64,000 bases of DNA. Source: Azolla caroliniana. Taxonomy: Eukaryota > Plantae > Polypodiophyta. The notes under the pieces are model-generated. The model was not told the DNA's origin. It saw nothing but the letters and a program-made list of their open reading frames with translations, and did not search any database. The stretch is from assembly GCA_043228905.1 (NCBI GenBank), contig JBHGNT010000013.1, positions 9,052,001 to 9,116,000 of the forward strand, given 5' to 3'. This document shows, in pieces, positions 12,541 to 24,758 of this stretch; position 1 is the first letter of the stretch; every line of letters begins with the position of its first letter. Both the position numbers and the translations under genes were made by a program.

Positions 12541-15066
12541 GCCAGAGTGGATTTGCCAGAAGCGGTGCAGTTCTTTGCCGCAATAACACAACACAATACC
12601 TACTAGCAATTGGTCCAATGGATGGGGGATGCAGGTGACCCAAGTGGTCGTGTGCATAGCTTAAGACCGACGAACATGGTTTGCCATATGGACGCCTCAG
12701 GACAAGACGGAGGAGATGACCAAATAGCTGGCAGAGGCTAAGGGCCGAATTGCAGCATTGGAGGAGTTGAAGCAAGCCAAGGACATAAAGGTCCCACAAG
12801 GAGAGATGATAGCACCGGAACCAATAAAACAGGTTCCAAATCAGGCATACGCAAGGATAGAAGAATGGCGAGACGTAGAAAGGGTGACAGAAAATGAAAA
12901 TGTAGTCGGACGAGTAGAAGTGGTGGATTAAGAAGTTGCACGACTAAGGGACGATGTCGCTGCACAAGAAGTAGTGGTGAAGAAGGAGAAACAGTTGCAG
13001 GGAAAGGTAGAAGAGGAGAAGAAGAGGTTGGAGGAAGGACTCTGGATGGTTTAGGAAAGTCTTAACCTGATAAAGGAAGAGAAGGACGGATTGCAACAAG
13101 AAAGAGAAAAAGTCTGACGGATGGCCGAAACAAAGATTGAACGACTGTAGGAAGATCTCTGGCAACAAAAGGAGAGGGATGATCGGTTGTGAGCACAAGA
13201 CAAGCAAGTTGACTTCGAGAAATTGTACCAGGATCACAAGGAGAAGGAAAAGGAGTTCGGTTAGCAATGGGAGAAGCTCAAGGAGGCACGGGTTAAGTTA
13301 AAGGAGAGCCACGAGGCCCTGCAGGAACATGAGAAGTTTTTTGAGATAACGAAAGAAAAGTTGAAAGAAGAAGCTGTGGTGGAAAAGACAAATTTGGTGG
13401 AGGATCGGGACCGGTTGATTGAACGTTTGCAAGAAGTTTTGACAAAAGTTCAAACTCAGCTAATAGCATACGAGCTGCAATCGAAAGCGGCAATCCAGCA
13501 AATCAACTGGCTGAAGCAGGAGAAGTAGGCTTAGGAAGATAAGATTGAGATGGGCGTAAAACAAATCTAGATCATTGTGTTGGGAATATGTCCCTCCAGT
13601 GGGAGGAAGAACCGACTGATCGGAAAGCCGACAGTCGATGACAGGGAATATCTGACTGTTCGGAAAGCCGACAGTCGAAGAGTCGAAAATAGTGAGTCGA
13701 TTGTTTGAAGATTCGACTGTTATTATTATAGTAATAATAATAATGATGATGTGTGGAAACAAGTCCCTCGAGATGGGAAAGAGAGAGGAGCCAAGTTGAT
13801 GAGTGACTCGGCCGAGGCCGAAACCGGAATCGTGTAAATAGCCAACTCGGGTTACTATACTTGTAAATAGTCTAAGTGTGCGCCTCATGAGGGCTACGTA
13901 TGTAAATAGCCAGAAATTTGTGTAAATATATATACAACTAGGGTAAACTTTATGTGAGTGCAGAACTGTGTAAGTGCAAAAGTTGTAAAACACAAGAGAG
14001 CGTGACAGAGAGAAGTGTGATCCGCGCCATAGCTGTGTGTGTAATAGCAGACGCGAAGAGCCCTGTGCGGCTGATACACTCGACAGAGTGTTGTATTCCT
14101 CTTGGTGTTGTGTATCCACTTTGTATAGTGAAGAAATTTGTTCACCCGTGGTTTTCCCCTTTTTAGGGTTTCCACGTAAATCTTTGTGCACTGTTGTGTG
14201 TCTTGTTTTTCTGGCATTTCTGTGATTCGTATTTCAGTGCGTAGTTCGTTTATTGTGATCTATTCCGCATCGATTTCTCCACACATTGTGGAGAACCGGT
14301 GGAAGTGGATGATGGAGAGATTGGAAAAGTGCTCGACAGTAATATAGAAGGAATGGGCGGCAAATGCGGGAAAACTACAGGTGCTCCGGGCATATGCAGA
14401 GAATAGGGCGAGAGTGGGAGATAATTTCTACAAGATGGATGAAGAAAGCATCATCATGATTCAAGAAGAATTATCTGACGGCTTTCAATGCAATGGCGCA
14501 AGTTCAAACGGATGAAATCCGGAAGATTTTGGAAGTATTTCAAGACAACAAGTTGCAGTTGACACCGGACTTGAAGGCGTACGAACGGGAAAGAGTGTAG
14601 TAGAGTGTTGATGGGTGGGGGGTGCAGTAATCCGGTCAAGGGATTTCCGATTGTGAGAGAAGAGAAGACCGACGGAGTTTCCGGTCAACGAGTTTTTGGC
14701 ATGGGGGTTTGATGTGCAATGCACTCTCCCATGGGCATGCCAAGTGTTGCCCATATAGGTGGACGGGAGGGTTAGGTGTAATGTGGAATATGAAATGTTA
14801 ATGTGTGAGTGATAGGTGGGGTAAGTAGGTGTAACTACCCCCCACTCGGTTTTTTGTAAGGTACTAATCTTGTACTATTTAAACCCCATCCATGGGGCAT
14901 GAAAAAGAGAGAGAAATATATTGAAGTTACCCTCAACTTGTGTCTATCTCGATTCTCTCTCTCATTCTCATTCTCTATGTGCATCTCTCTCCTTCTCTCC
15001 CTCACATTCGAACTCCCTTGGGAGGGGGGTGGAGCCAATCTTGGCTCTAGCCCCCACCCATCAACA
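12540..15066 (+). mobile_element. Decayed 3' part of a tRNA-Arg-type Ty3/gypsy element (extra ORF relic, tRNA mimic 14703-14742, LTR 14745-15066)
   Basis: Coiled-coil-like relic resembling 55-3050. The LTR TGTTGCCC...CATCAACA is homologous, in the same orientation, to 56278-56597. Confidence 0.7.
13578..14283. mobile_element. Solo LTR (TGTTGGGA family)
   Basis: TG...CA ends, TSD CATTG/CATTG; similar to 33696-34384 and 44598-45094. Confidence 0.88.
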
Positions 15067-15827
15067 TAGAGGAAGCAACAGATTGGGGAAAACCAAGCCC
15101 ATCAGGTGGATCTGAGTGATAAAAAACAACGAGAGGACAAAAGGGAATAGACATAGCAGAGCAGTCAAGGGAGCAGGAGCCAACGCAACAAAGGACGAAT
15201 GAGGAAGACACATTGCACACGGTAGAAGATAAACAACGGGTCGAGCTACCAGAGACTCAAACGCAACCGCCACAACAATCGGAAGGAAAGGACCCGACAC
15301 AACCACAGAGGACGCCGTTAGACCAAACGACGGACACTTAGCAAAGCATATTGGACATTTTGGAGGAGAACTGAGGGCGTGTGGGTCCGACATGCTAGGC
15401 ATTGTCCCACGGGCTTGCCCGATGTTGTCCAGTAAAGTTGCAGCCGTAGCTAGAGGAGTGAAAGGACGAAGATTTGGAGTCCGGACAAAGTATGAACAAC
15501 ATTAAATAGGAACCAAATATTATTATAGATAAAAAGTAATTGATAATGTATGAAAAGATTTTATGAGGTACCTGATACGGAAAGCTGTACTGATCCGGGT
15601 AAATGCCTTTTTGTATTAGAACCAGGTGTATGATTTAATTGCGAGTAATATAAATATTTGTTGTTCTATCTTGTGTACTTGCCCTTTGTGCCTATATTCT
15701 AATCTTACGCGTGTTCATTTATAACCGGACAATAGGTTATTGTGTTTTTTCATCGGAGAACGTAACCAGATAATTCTTAATCGTTGTGTGTGTAATTCCA
15801 TTCCTTCAACCACACCTTTGGATAGTA
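15067..15827 (+). mobile_element. Third 3'-end fragment of the tRNA-Arg-type gypsy group (tRNA mimic 15381-15420, LTR from 15423)
   Basis: GCAAAGCATATTGGACATTT matches ~3021-3040. The LTR starts TGTTGTCCA like the LTR at 39772. Right end approximate. Confidence 0.6.
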
Positions 15828-15879
15828 TTCCGGAAGAGAATACATTGTGTTTGCGACTAAGACTTAGTTCAAGATAAAT

Positions 15880-18066
15880 AAACCATACCATGATTTCCTT
15901 GCATTTGCAAAGTTCTCTTGCCATATAACATGATGATGTCTTCATAAAGCTTATGGTCAACAACATTAAACTTGTGGTATATGACAAATCATTGACAATG
16001 AAGTCACAATGAGTAGGTTTGTTGTTGTATTTCTATGAAGCATGAGTGATACTTAAAGAACAATTAAGGTTAATGTCTCACTTGATCACCAAAAGAACAT
16101 TATCTAGTCATGTGCAAACTTACAATATGTAATATTGACCTTTATCCTAGCTTTAGTTTGCTTCTAAATACTAGCTTTACAAGATTGACAAGGACATTTG
16201 TTCCGTAACTTGACCATTGGGAATTTTTATTTTTGAAAACAAATTTCTAGGACCGAGGTTGACATTTGAATTTAAAGAGATCGTGCCATCGATGCATTTT
16301 TGGGTCTATATAAAAGGTGTCAACGCGGCGTGGTGTTAAAAATGATGGTGTTTGTTTTCAAAAGACCAGGTGAGCAATGGATTGTGGATCTACAAATAAT
16401 GTTAGCCAGAGGCATGGGTGCATCAATTACAAAATGTCACATATCACTTTTAGGAAATATTTCTAGTTGTTTGAGTAGTTTGGAATAATGTTCCCAAATA
16501 ATTCTACTAAACCAATAGCAAAGAGTTTCGCGTTTACATTAAACATCATAAATTTCAATGTTGAACTCTCATTTCCGTGATCCTTGGAGTTTTGAATCCT
16601 CTCACTACTATATTTCAATTGGTAGGAGTTTGGAAATATCTACTCAAAACATTAGTCATCCTTCAACGAAAAAAGTATACCCATTACATGGCATTTTCTT
16701 GCAAGGCCATTTCAACATAAGAATTGAGACCATCATGTAATTATCTTATTGTGTACAACAACAAAAACACGTGAATGTTCAGCTATAGTTGTAGCATCAC
16801 ACCATTATTTCTTTTGAAAAGTTACATGGGGCGTTAAGCATTATGATGGAAAATGAGCTCATCTAAGAAGATGCAACTTGATCGGGACTCATCTTTCAAT
16901 ATTGTATTTATTGCATGTGCGCTTAAATGCATTCTAAGCAAACGTTTTCTTCTTTCATGCAACAATTGCACATTCAATCCATCTATTATTGGAGGGTGTG
17001 CCAGGGCTAAGGTATTTGACTCTTTCTAACATGACACAAGCTATGGTTTATCGACAATATTTATAATTTGGGATGGAGTGGGTGGTAAAATATTAAGAGA
17101 AGTGAGAGTGAAAGATAGAAACACCATTTAATTTCTCATATTATGTCAAGTAGGTCTTACATTTTACTTGGCTAGAACCCTCATTTACGAACAACAAGAG
17201 GCAAAAGAGTTATTAGTAGAAACATATAAATCCTTAGTTCTTAGAGAGAGTGAGAGACAATGAGAATATACTAATATTACATCAAGTAGGTGTTCTAAGT
17301 CACTTGGTAAATTTTGGTGATTAGAGGTTCATCAACATGATATAACATATATAACATGTGTGTGTGCGTGAAAAGGAACGTAGGATTGCTAGGTAAAATT
17401 GTTTATTGAAGTTGAGACAAGAACGGTAGGCTCACCTACATATATTATGGAAATAGATTGGTACTCAGTAGATGGTTTCACGGAAGATCGTCAAGCAAAA
17501 TATGGCCTACCATCATTGACCTAGATAGTTGTGATGCCTTAAAAACGAAAATGCAAAACGTCAATTAAAATGTGTGTAGGAGTTGCGTTTGGATATGTTA
17601 TCACTCTTAATTTATCATGTAGAATAAAAAGAAAACGTTGGGCCAAATTTGAAATTGTAGGGATGGAGGAAGTGCATGGATCTTTTCGGATTAAAGAGAT
17701 TTGTTTTACATGAAGAAAAAAACAACACCATTCAATTATCTCTTGATGTTGAACGTGTTGCTAGATAAGATAAAGATGAGGGGTTCTGCTACAACTACAA
17801 CTACTACCACTTATTAGTGTTATTATTATATGATGCCATGTATGTATTGAAAGGGAAATTTTTAGATGCAATATCTTTTTTTTTTTTTGGTTATGTCTCT
17901 CTCTCTTGTATTTGTTGTGTGTGGAGAAAATATTTAATATTGCCGAGAGAGGGGTCTATGTGGTGTTAGGATACAAAGGGAAGGGAAGGGCAATGCGCTT
18001 TGCACCCCATTGACCAAACACTCCATCTATCCACGATTCATATATGTTGATAAGCAAGCATATATA

Positions 18067-18114
<48 letters not shown>

Positions 18115-18882
18115 CCCCACCTAAAAAGCAAGAAAGAAATTCATGTTACATCATGTACGGATTGCTAATGTTTCAACTCATGATAGAAAGAGAAAGAATG
18201 AAAGATATATTAAGGTCTTCCTTTTTAAAGACCAAATTTGGCCCGTGCGATAAATTGTTACAACAAAATGGGATGTGTACCCAATCATTGAAAAAAAAAA
18301 CATACATAAAAGAGTTCTAGTACTGTACAAAAGGTCTTGACAGAGAGATATAGCTAGTTTATATAATGTTGTCAACCATGGATTAGTTATGTTTGGATGT
18401 CAACATTAACGCCGAAGGAGAGCCAAAGTATGCATACATAACATATAAACCTCTAATAATTATGCTTGGGTGGGTAGGTAGGATGGGTAGGATGGACGAC
18501 TCACATGTGTGCATGTGTGTGAAGATGAAAAATGAGAAAACAAGAAAATCGTTACAAGAATTCATGATCATGATCATTAAGGAGGTACGAAAACCGTCGC
18601 AACCCAACTTAAATGAATTTCCAATCAATCAGTCCAAGAAACGCTTCTGCCAAATAAAATATATTTTAAAGTATATGGACATGGGGGGTTTTCCTTTTTG
18701 GGTTGTGGATTGCAAGGAGGGGGGGGACCCACATCTATGTGTGAGTGTTCTGCCTGCCACCCTGTCCATATATATATGTGTTTGTGTGTGCACTAGATTG
18801 GTAGTAGTTGTATGTGTCCGCAGTCCATCCATATATCTCCTCCAACTTTTCTCTCTTTCCTAGATAGATAGATAGTAAGCAG
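15880..18882 (+). repeat. Copy B of the dirigent upstream region
   Basis: Colinear with 7629-10425; carries a divergent block at ~17870-18350 with (GT)n and a short LINE 3'-UTR-like fragment (18185-18330). Confidence 0.9.
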
Positions 18883-21800
18883 TGAAAGATTTTACACTTA
18901 GACTTAAACCACAGATATACTGAGGCACAAACAAAACGAAACAAGGAGCACACGATTTACATGGAAAACCCTGATTTCAGGGAAAAACCACGGTGAACAA
19001 AAATTTCACTATGAGACAAGACAAGAAGAAATACAAGCATATAATGATAGAACCTAATTTGGTATGGATGTACTCTCAAGTTGTTATTTGAAACCACAGT
19101 TTCAGACGAGTGCACCAAACCCTAACGTGTAGGTATCTATCACTTTTGAAGCTTCAAAAGCTTCTCTGTTCTGTCTCTCTTTCTTCTCTGTTACACTCTG
19201 GTTTCTTTGTTTCCTCTCACACTCAGTTGTAGGGTTATGTCACTCAGTCTCTCACTCATAGCCACCACTGTGTTAGCTCTCTATTGTTCTTTGTGTCGCT
19301 CTTCCCTTACAACACAGTTTCGACTCTCTTGCGCTCTCACACTCTCAATAATAATACCCTTTCTCAGTAGAGTTTACTATATATATATCCCTTCACACAC
19401 TTTCCTCACTATTTTTACTCTTAGTGATTTACCCCACATACGTAGGCAGCTAATGCCATTATGCCTATATATGTACCAACCCTACTTTCCTATATATATG
19501 TATATATATTTATATTTATATATTCATCCAAACACCTCTTCAGCTGTTTGGCATGTTTTGGCTTTTCGGCTGTGTTTTGGCTCGGTTCAGCTGTTCAGCA
19601 CGGTTTGACCGTGCCGTGTCTCGATTCAGTTGTTCGGCATGATTTCGGCCAACCGTGTCACGGTTCGGCTCTTTGGCCGAATTCGACTTTTCGGCTACCC
19701 GAATCTTGCTTCGGCTTTTCGGTCGACTCCCTCGTAAGGAGGGACAATGTTACATAACAAACTCCCCCTTCACTCCCGTAGGGGGAGAGTCAACCAAAGC
19801 AGTCGTTCGCCTGCATGCAACAAGTTTTTCCATAGATATGACTTTGGTAAGCATGTCTAATCCATTTTTCTAAGTATGGATCTTCGCTAGGACGAACTCA
19901 TTTTCTTCCACTCTCTCTCGCAACCAATAATACCTTCTTTGAATGTGCTTCATACGAGAGTGATAGGCAACATTCTTAGCAAGATGGATAACACTCTGAT
20001 TATCACAATGAAGTAAGAACTTTTCTTGCTTCATTCCTAGTTCGCTTAAAGAATCTCTCATCCAAATCAATTCTTTTCCAGCTTCCACTATAGCCATATA
20101 TTCTGTCACCGTGGTTGACAAAGCCACAACCTTTTGCAACCTTGATTGCCATTACACAACTCCCCCTGAATAAGTCATCGCATATCCTGATGCGGATCGG
20201 CTGGAATCTACATCACCCGACATATCAGAGTCTGTGAAACCTTCGAGCATAGGTTTCCAAGAGCCATATCTAAGGCATACCTTTGAGGTATCTGAGTATC
20301 CATTTTACGATAGCCCAATGCTCTTTTCCAGGATTACTCATGTAGCGACTAACTATCCCAACAACAAATGCAATGTCCGGCCTTGTGCAGACCATAGCAT
20401 ACATTAGGCTACCAACAGCCGAGGCATAACGGCACCCTCCTCATCTCTGCCTTATTTTTCTTAGTTTTCGGACATTGTACTGAATTTAACTTACAATTCA
20501 CTAGCAATGGAGATCCAACAGATTTTGCTTTGTACATGTTAAATCTTTGCAAAACCTTCGTCAAATATTTCTCTTGTGAGAGCCATATCATGTTTTTAGT
20601 CCTATCCCGAACTATATGCATTCCCAAAATCTGTTTTACCGGTCCTAAGTCTTTCATGGCAAAGGCTTTGCTCAAAGCTTTCTTCAAGCTTGCAATCGTT
20701 TTAACATTCTTTCTAACACCCAACATATCATCCATATACAACAAAAGAATCAGAAAATCACCTTCATCATACCTCTTCACAAATACACAATGATCAGTTT
20801 TTGTTTTGTGGAATCCATGTTCCAACATGAAGGACTCAAACTTCTTATACCATTGTCGAGGAGCTTGTTTCAGTCCATACAAGCTCTACCTTAACCTACA
20901 TACAAGATTTTCTTTTCCTTTCACCTCAAAGCCCTCCAACTGCTGCATATATATTTCCTCTTCCAACTCACCGTGCAAGAATGTTGTTTTAACATCCAAT
21001 TGTTCAATTTCCAGACTCATACTGGCAACCATACTCAAAACAGTCCGGATGGAGGTCATCTTCACTACTGGAGCAAAAATCTCATCAAAATTAACACCCT
21101 TTTTCTGTTGGAAATCTTTCACTACAATACGTGCCTTATACCTAGGTGTACTTCCGTCTTCTCTAGTCTTTAGTTTGTAGACCCATTTGTTTCTGAGTGT
21201 CTGTTTCCATGAGGCGGCTCCATCAACTCATAGGTGTGTGATTCTCATGCAAGGAATCCATTTCCTCTTGCATGGAATTATACCATTTCTCCTTATGTAC
21301 ATCAGTCATGGCCTCTTCATAGCATTTTGGTTGCCCTTCATCAATCAAGAGAATATATTGATTGGCTGGATACCGAGAGGAGGTCTTCCATTGTCTTCGT
21401 GGATATCTTCTTCCTTCAACAACCGACTTAGATTTGGTTTCTTCTGTCAGCTCATCTTCTGACTCAGATTCGTGTGCATCAGTTTGCTGTTGTGTGTCAA
21501 CCGACTCAGATTCGGCTTCATCAGCCGGTTGTTGTATGTCGACTGGTTGTATGGAACTGGGATTGACTAGTGCCAACTACATAATAGTAGTCGATTGGGA
21601 AGACGACTCTGGTCTTTGCTATCTCCAGTCTTCAATTGTCTTGTCTTCCATGATCATAACATCATGACTTCCTATCGCTTTCTTATCAAGGAGATCCCAC
21701 ATCCTGTACACAAAACTCATCTTCCGAGTACCCCAAGAATATGTAAGGCTTGGACTTGCTGTCCAACTTTGACCTCTGTTCTTTAGCAACATGCATGTAT

Positions 21801-22846
21801 GCCACGCATCCGAACACCCTTAAATGTTGATAGGACACACTCCTTCCTGTCCACACCCTCTGTGGGAAATCCCCCTTTAGAGGCACTGATGGAGACCTAT
21901 TTATAAGGTAGACAACCGTCAACATTGCCTCGGCCCAATATAACTCTGGCAAATTTGCATGAGACAACATGCTTCTTACCCTTTCCATTATGGTCCTATT
22001 CATTCTCTCTGCTAGACCATTCAGCTCAGGTGTCTTCAACACCGTATACTCAAGTTTGATGCCTTGAGTCTGGCAATACATATCAAATTGGCCTCTATAA
22101 TCACCCCCATTATCAGTTTGGACAACTTTCAACTTCTGTCCAGATTCTCTTTCGGCCCTTGCATGAAACTCTTTAAAGATCGACAACACTTGGTCTTTAG
22201 GCACCAACACAAATGCCCACACCTTTCTGCTGAATCATCAATAAATGTGACAAAGTAATGTCCACCATGTTTTATCCCAAGGGATAGGTGCATCATAGAG
22301 TATTTTTGGGTTTTCAACTGCAACAGCTGAAGAAGATCGTGACTTACAAAACATTTGCCAAATAGCAACACCTAGTGGACAACTAGGTGATGGTTAACAA
22401 CTTTAGTATATGCGGAACCAAATGCAAACATGGAGTTTTTAGACTATCAGCTAGGGTGGACAACCATGGTATGTTGAGTATGATTGTCACGGATGTAGAC
22501 GAGGGCAAGGACAAGTAGGGGAGCTCAATATTAAGAAAGAGAGAAAGATAGATATATAGATAGAGAGGAGCATAGACAAGAGAACGAGAGAGAGAGAGGG
22601 TAGACAAAAGAGCAAGAACTAAATTATGCTTCCGTAACTAGTGTTGTTCACCTTGATTGTAATCAAGGTGCACCGAAGTATTTATACAAGAATGTGGTGG
22701 TATGCATGTAAGCTAGGAAAGATCTAGAGAATGCATGGAAACTTCTAGAGAGTGCATGTCTATGCATTCTCTAGAAGTTTCTTGAAAGTTCTAGTGATTA
22801 ACTTACAATGTAATAAGTTGAAACTTATATAATATGATAACGCATA

Positions 22847-22921
22847 GATGGAATGTAGCTCAATTGGTAAGGTTGCCCAATAAGACCAAGAGGTCATGTG
22901 TTCAACCCCCTACATTCCATC
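22847..22921 (+). promoter_or_regulatory. tRNA-like A-box/B-box cassette inside the LTR, antisense to the element
   Basis: TAGCTCAATTGG (22856) and GTGTTCAACCC (22898) enclosed by a 12-bp inverted repeat GATGGAATGTAG/CTACATTCCATC; no canonical anticodon arm. Confidence 0.65.
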
Positions 22922-23306
22922 GTGTCTATGACATTATCCTCCCTCTAAGGCTGCCTCCTGGGACTCGCGGTTGGCTTATGTGGGTATCGTTGATGAAAAT
23001 CGTGAATGGCCTCCAGAGAATTTTGTAAATGTGTAACTGGTTCCCATGTGGCGTCCGAAATGGGGTACCCTTTCCATAAGACCAAATATTGGAGCTGTCG
23101 TCGATGATATTGAGATTCGAGGATTTGGTCAACCTCATATTCTTCGCTTGTCGACAATTCCATAGGTGGCGGTGGAAGAGGGTGTTATCCTAGAATTAGA
23201 GAAGGATGGTAGAGTTCGAGGAGGGAAACATGAAAAACATCGTGAATCCTGAATGTTGGAGGAAGTGCTAACCGGAAGGCGACTGGGTTGATACACTCGA
23301 TGATAC

Positions 23307-24758
23307 TATGAAATGCACAAAAGAGATCAAAACCAGTATACTTAGCTTCTTACTTCTTAATCAATTTATAGTTGATACAACGGAACCCATTTGGGTTGGC
23401 TTGGCTAAAAAGGGTGTGCTAAAAGGGTGGGTCAACTTGGGTACGTGCATCCTAAAAAGGGTGAGCTAAAAGGGTGGCACAAAGGAACACATGCACACCA
23501 CATTTCCCCCCTGCGAGAAACAAGAGATTGAGGGGCATGAACAAGAACAGGATAGGTACATGAACAAGAACAAGAACATTGGCTTGTCGAAGGAGGGGGA
23601 GCATCTGATGGCAGGTTTCAAATGGAAATCCATGGATGATTCTAGTGTGAGGCGAGGGTTACACCCATACAATGCTCGAAAAGGGTTGATTTATGCAGCC
23701 ATCTCGTGTTTGAGGGTCTTGTTGAGGCGTTTGGTGAAGATGGTGTGGGGATGTAAACATCTATGGACACGTAGTTGAGTTGCAACGACATTGAGGACAT
23801 CCTCGTGGAACTGTTGGCCTTGATAGTTGGACAGGGCTAGTGACAAAAAACGAGCTAGCAATAAGCGAATAGAGATCAATCACTCCTGTGGACTGAGGGC
23901 CACCTGAACATTGCTGAGGTGGGGGACAGGAGGGATATCGTGTTGGAGGGGGATCAAGGAAAGATCATATGGTGGCGAAGATCAATCGCTCCTGTGGACT
24001 GAGGGCCACTTGGACTTGGCTGAGGTGGGGGACAAGAGGGCTATCGTGTCAGAGGGGGATCGGGGAAAAGATCATTTGGCAAAGAAAGATCAATCACTCT
24101 TGTGGACTGAGGGCCACCTGGACTTGGCTGAGGTGGGGGACAAGAGGGCTATCATGTCAGAGGGGGATCGGAGAAACTCATGGGACAAGAAGTTAGTGGG
24201 CAACCTAAGGTGAGGGGGAAGAGTTGGTGGGGCAAGACATAAAGGTGGTGTGAGAAAGTGAGAGTGTCTAAGGTGAAGGTGTAGTGCGCTTGCATGCTAG
24301 AGAGGTATAGATGGCGATCACAAAAAAAGACTTGGATGGAGGAAGTGATGGATGTCGGGAGGCGTAACTAGTGAACTAAGGCGGTGCTAATGGAAGAGAT
24401 ACTACTACGAGAGACTAACAAGAGTGTCGGTTCCAGTGGCGATGGCAATGCTACTTACGAAGCAGAAGAGGTGGATGCTTGGATGTGGGGGTTGGTACCC
24501 TGCATCTCTACCAATATGTGAAATGCACATAAGAGATCAAAACTAGTCTACTTAGCTTCTTACTTCTTAATCAATTTATAGTTGATACAACGGAACCCAT
24601 TTGGGTTGGCTTGGCTAAACAGGGTGTGCTAAAAGGGTGGGTCATTTTGGGCACACGCATCCTAAAAAGGGTGTGCTAAAAGGGTGGGTTAACTTGGGAC
24701 GTGCATCCTAAAAAGGGTGAGCTAAAAGGGTGGCACAAAGGAACACATGCACACCACA
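23307..24758 (-). mobile_element. Non-autonomous TRIM-like LTR element
   Basis: LTRs 23307-23502 and 24517-24758; 4-bp TSD ATAC splitting the host integrase; PBS TGGTAGAGATGCAGGGTA (tRNA-Ala-like); PPT at 23503-23516; three ~99-bp internal repeats at 23872-24170; integrase scrap LYGCNPRL. Confidence 0.85.

Noticed and set aside
22847-22921. Functional tRNA gene
   Set aside because: A and B boxes are present but there is no proper D-stem/anticodon arm, and it lies inside an LTR; kept only as a tRNA-like cassette.
23872-24170. CRISPR-like array
   Set aside because: Long tandem units without unique spacers inside an LTR element; no cas genes; eukaryotic context.
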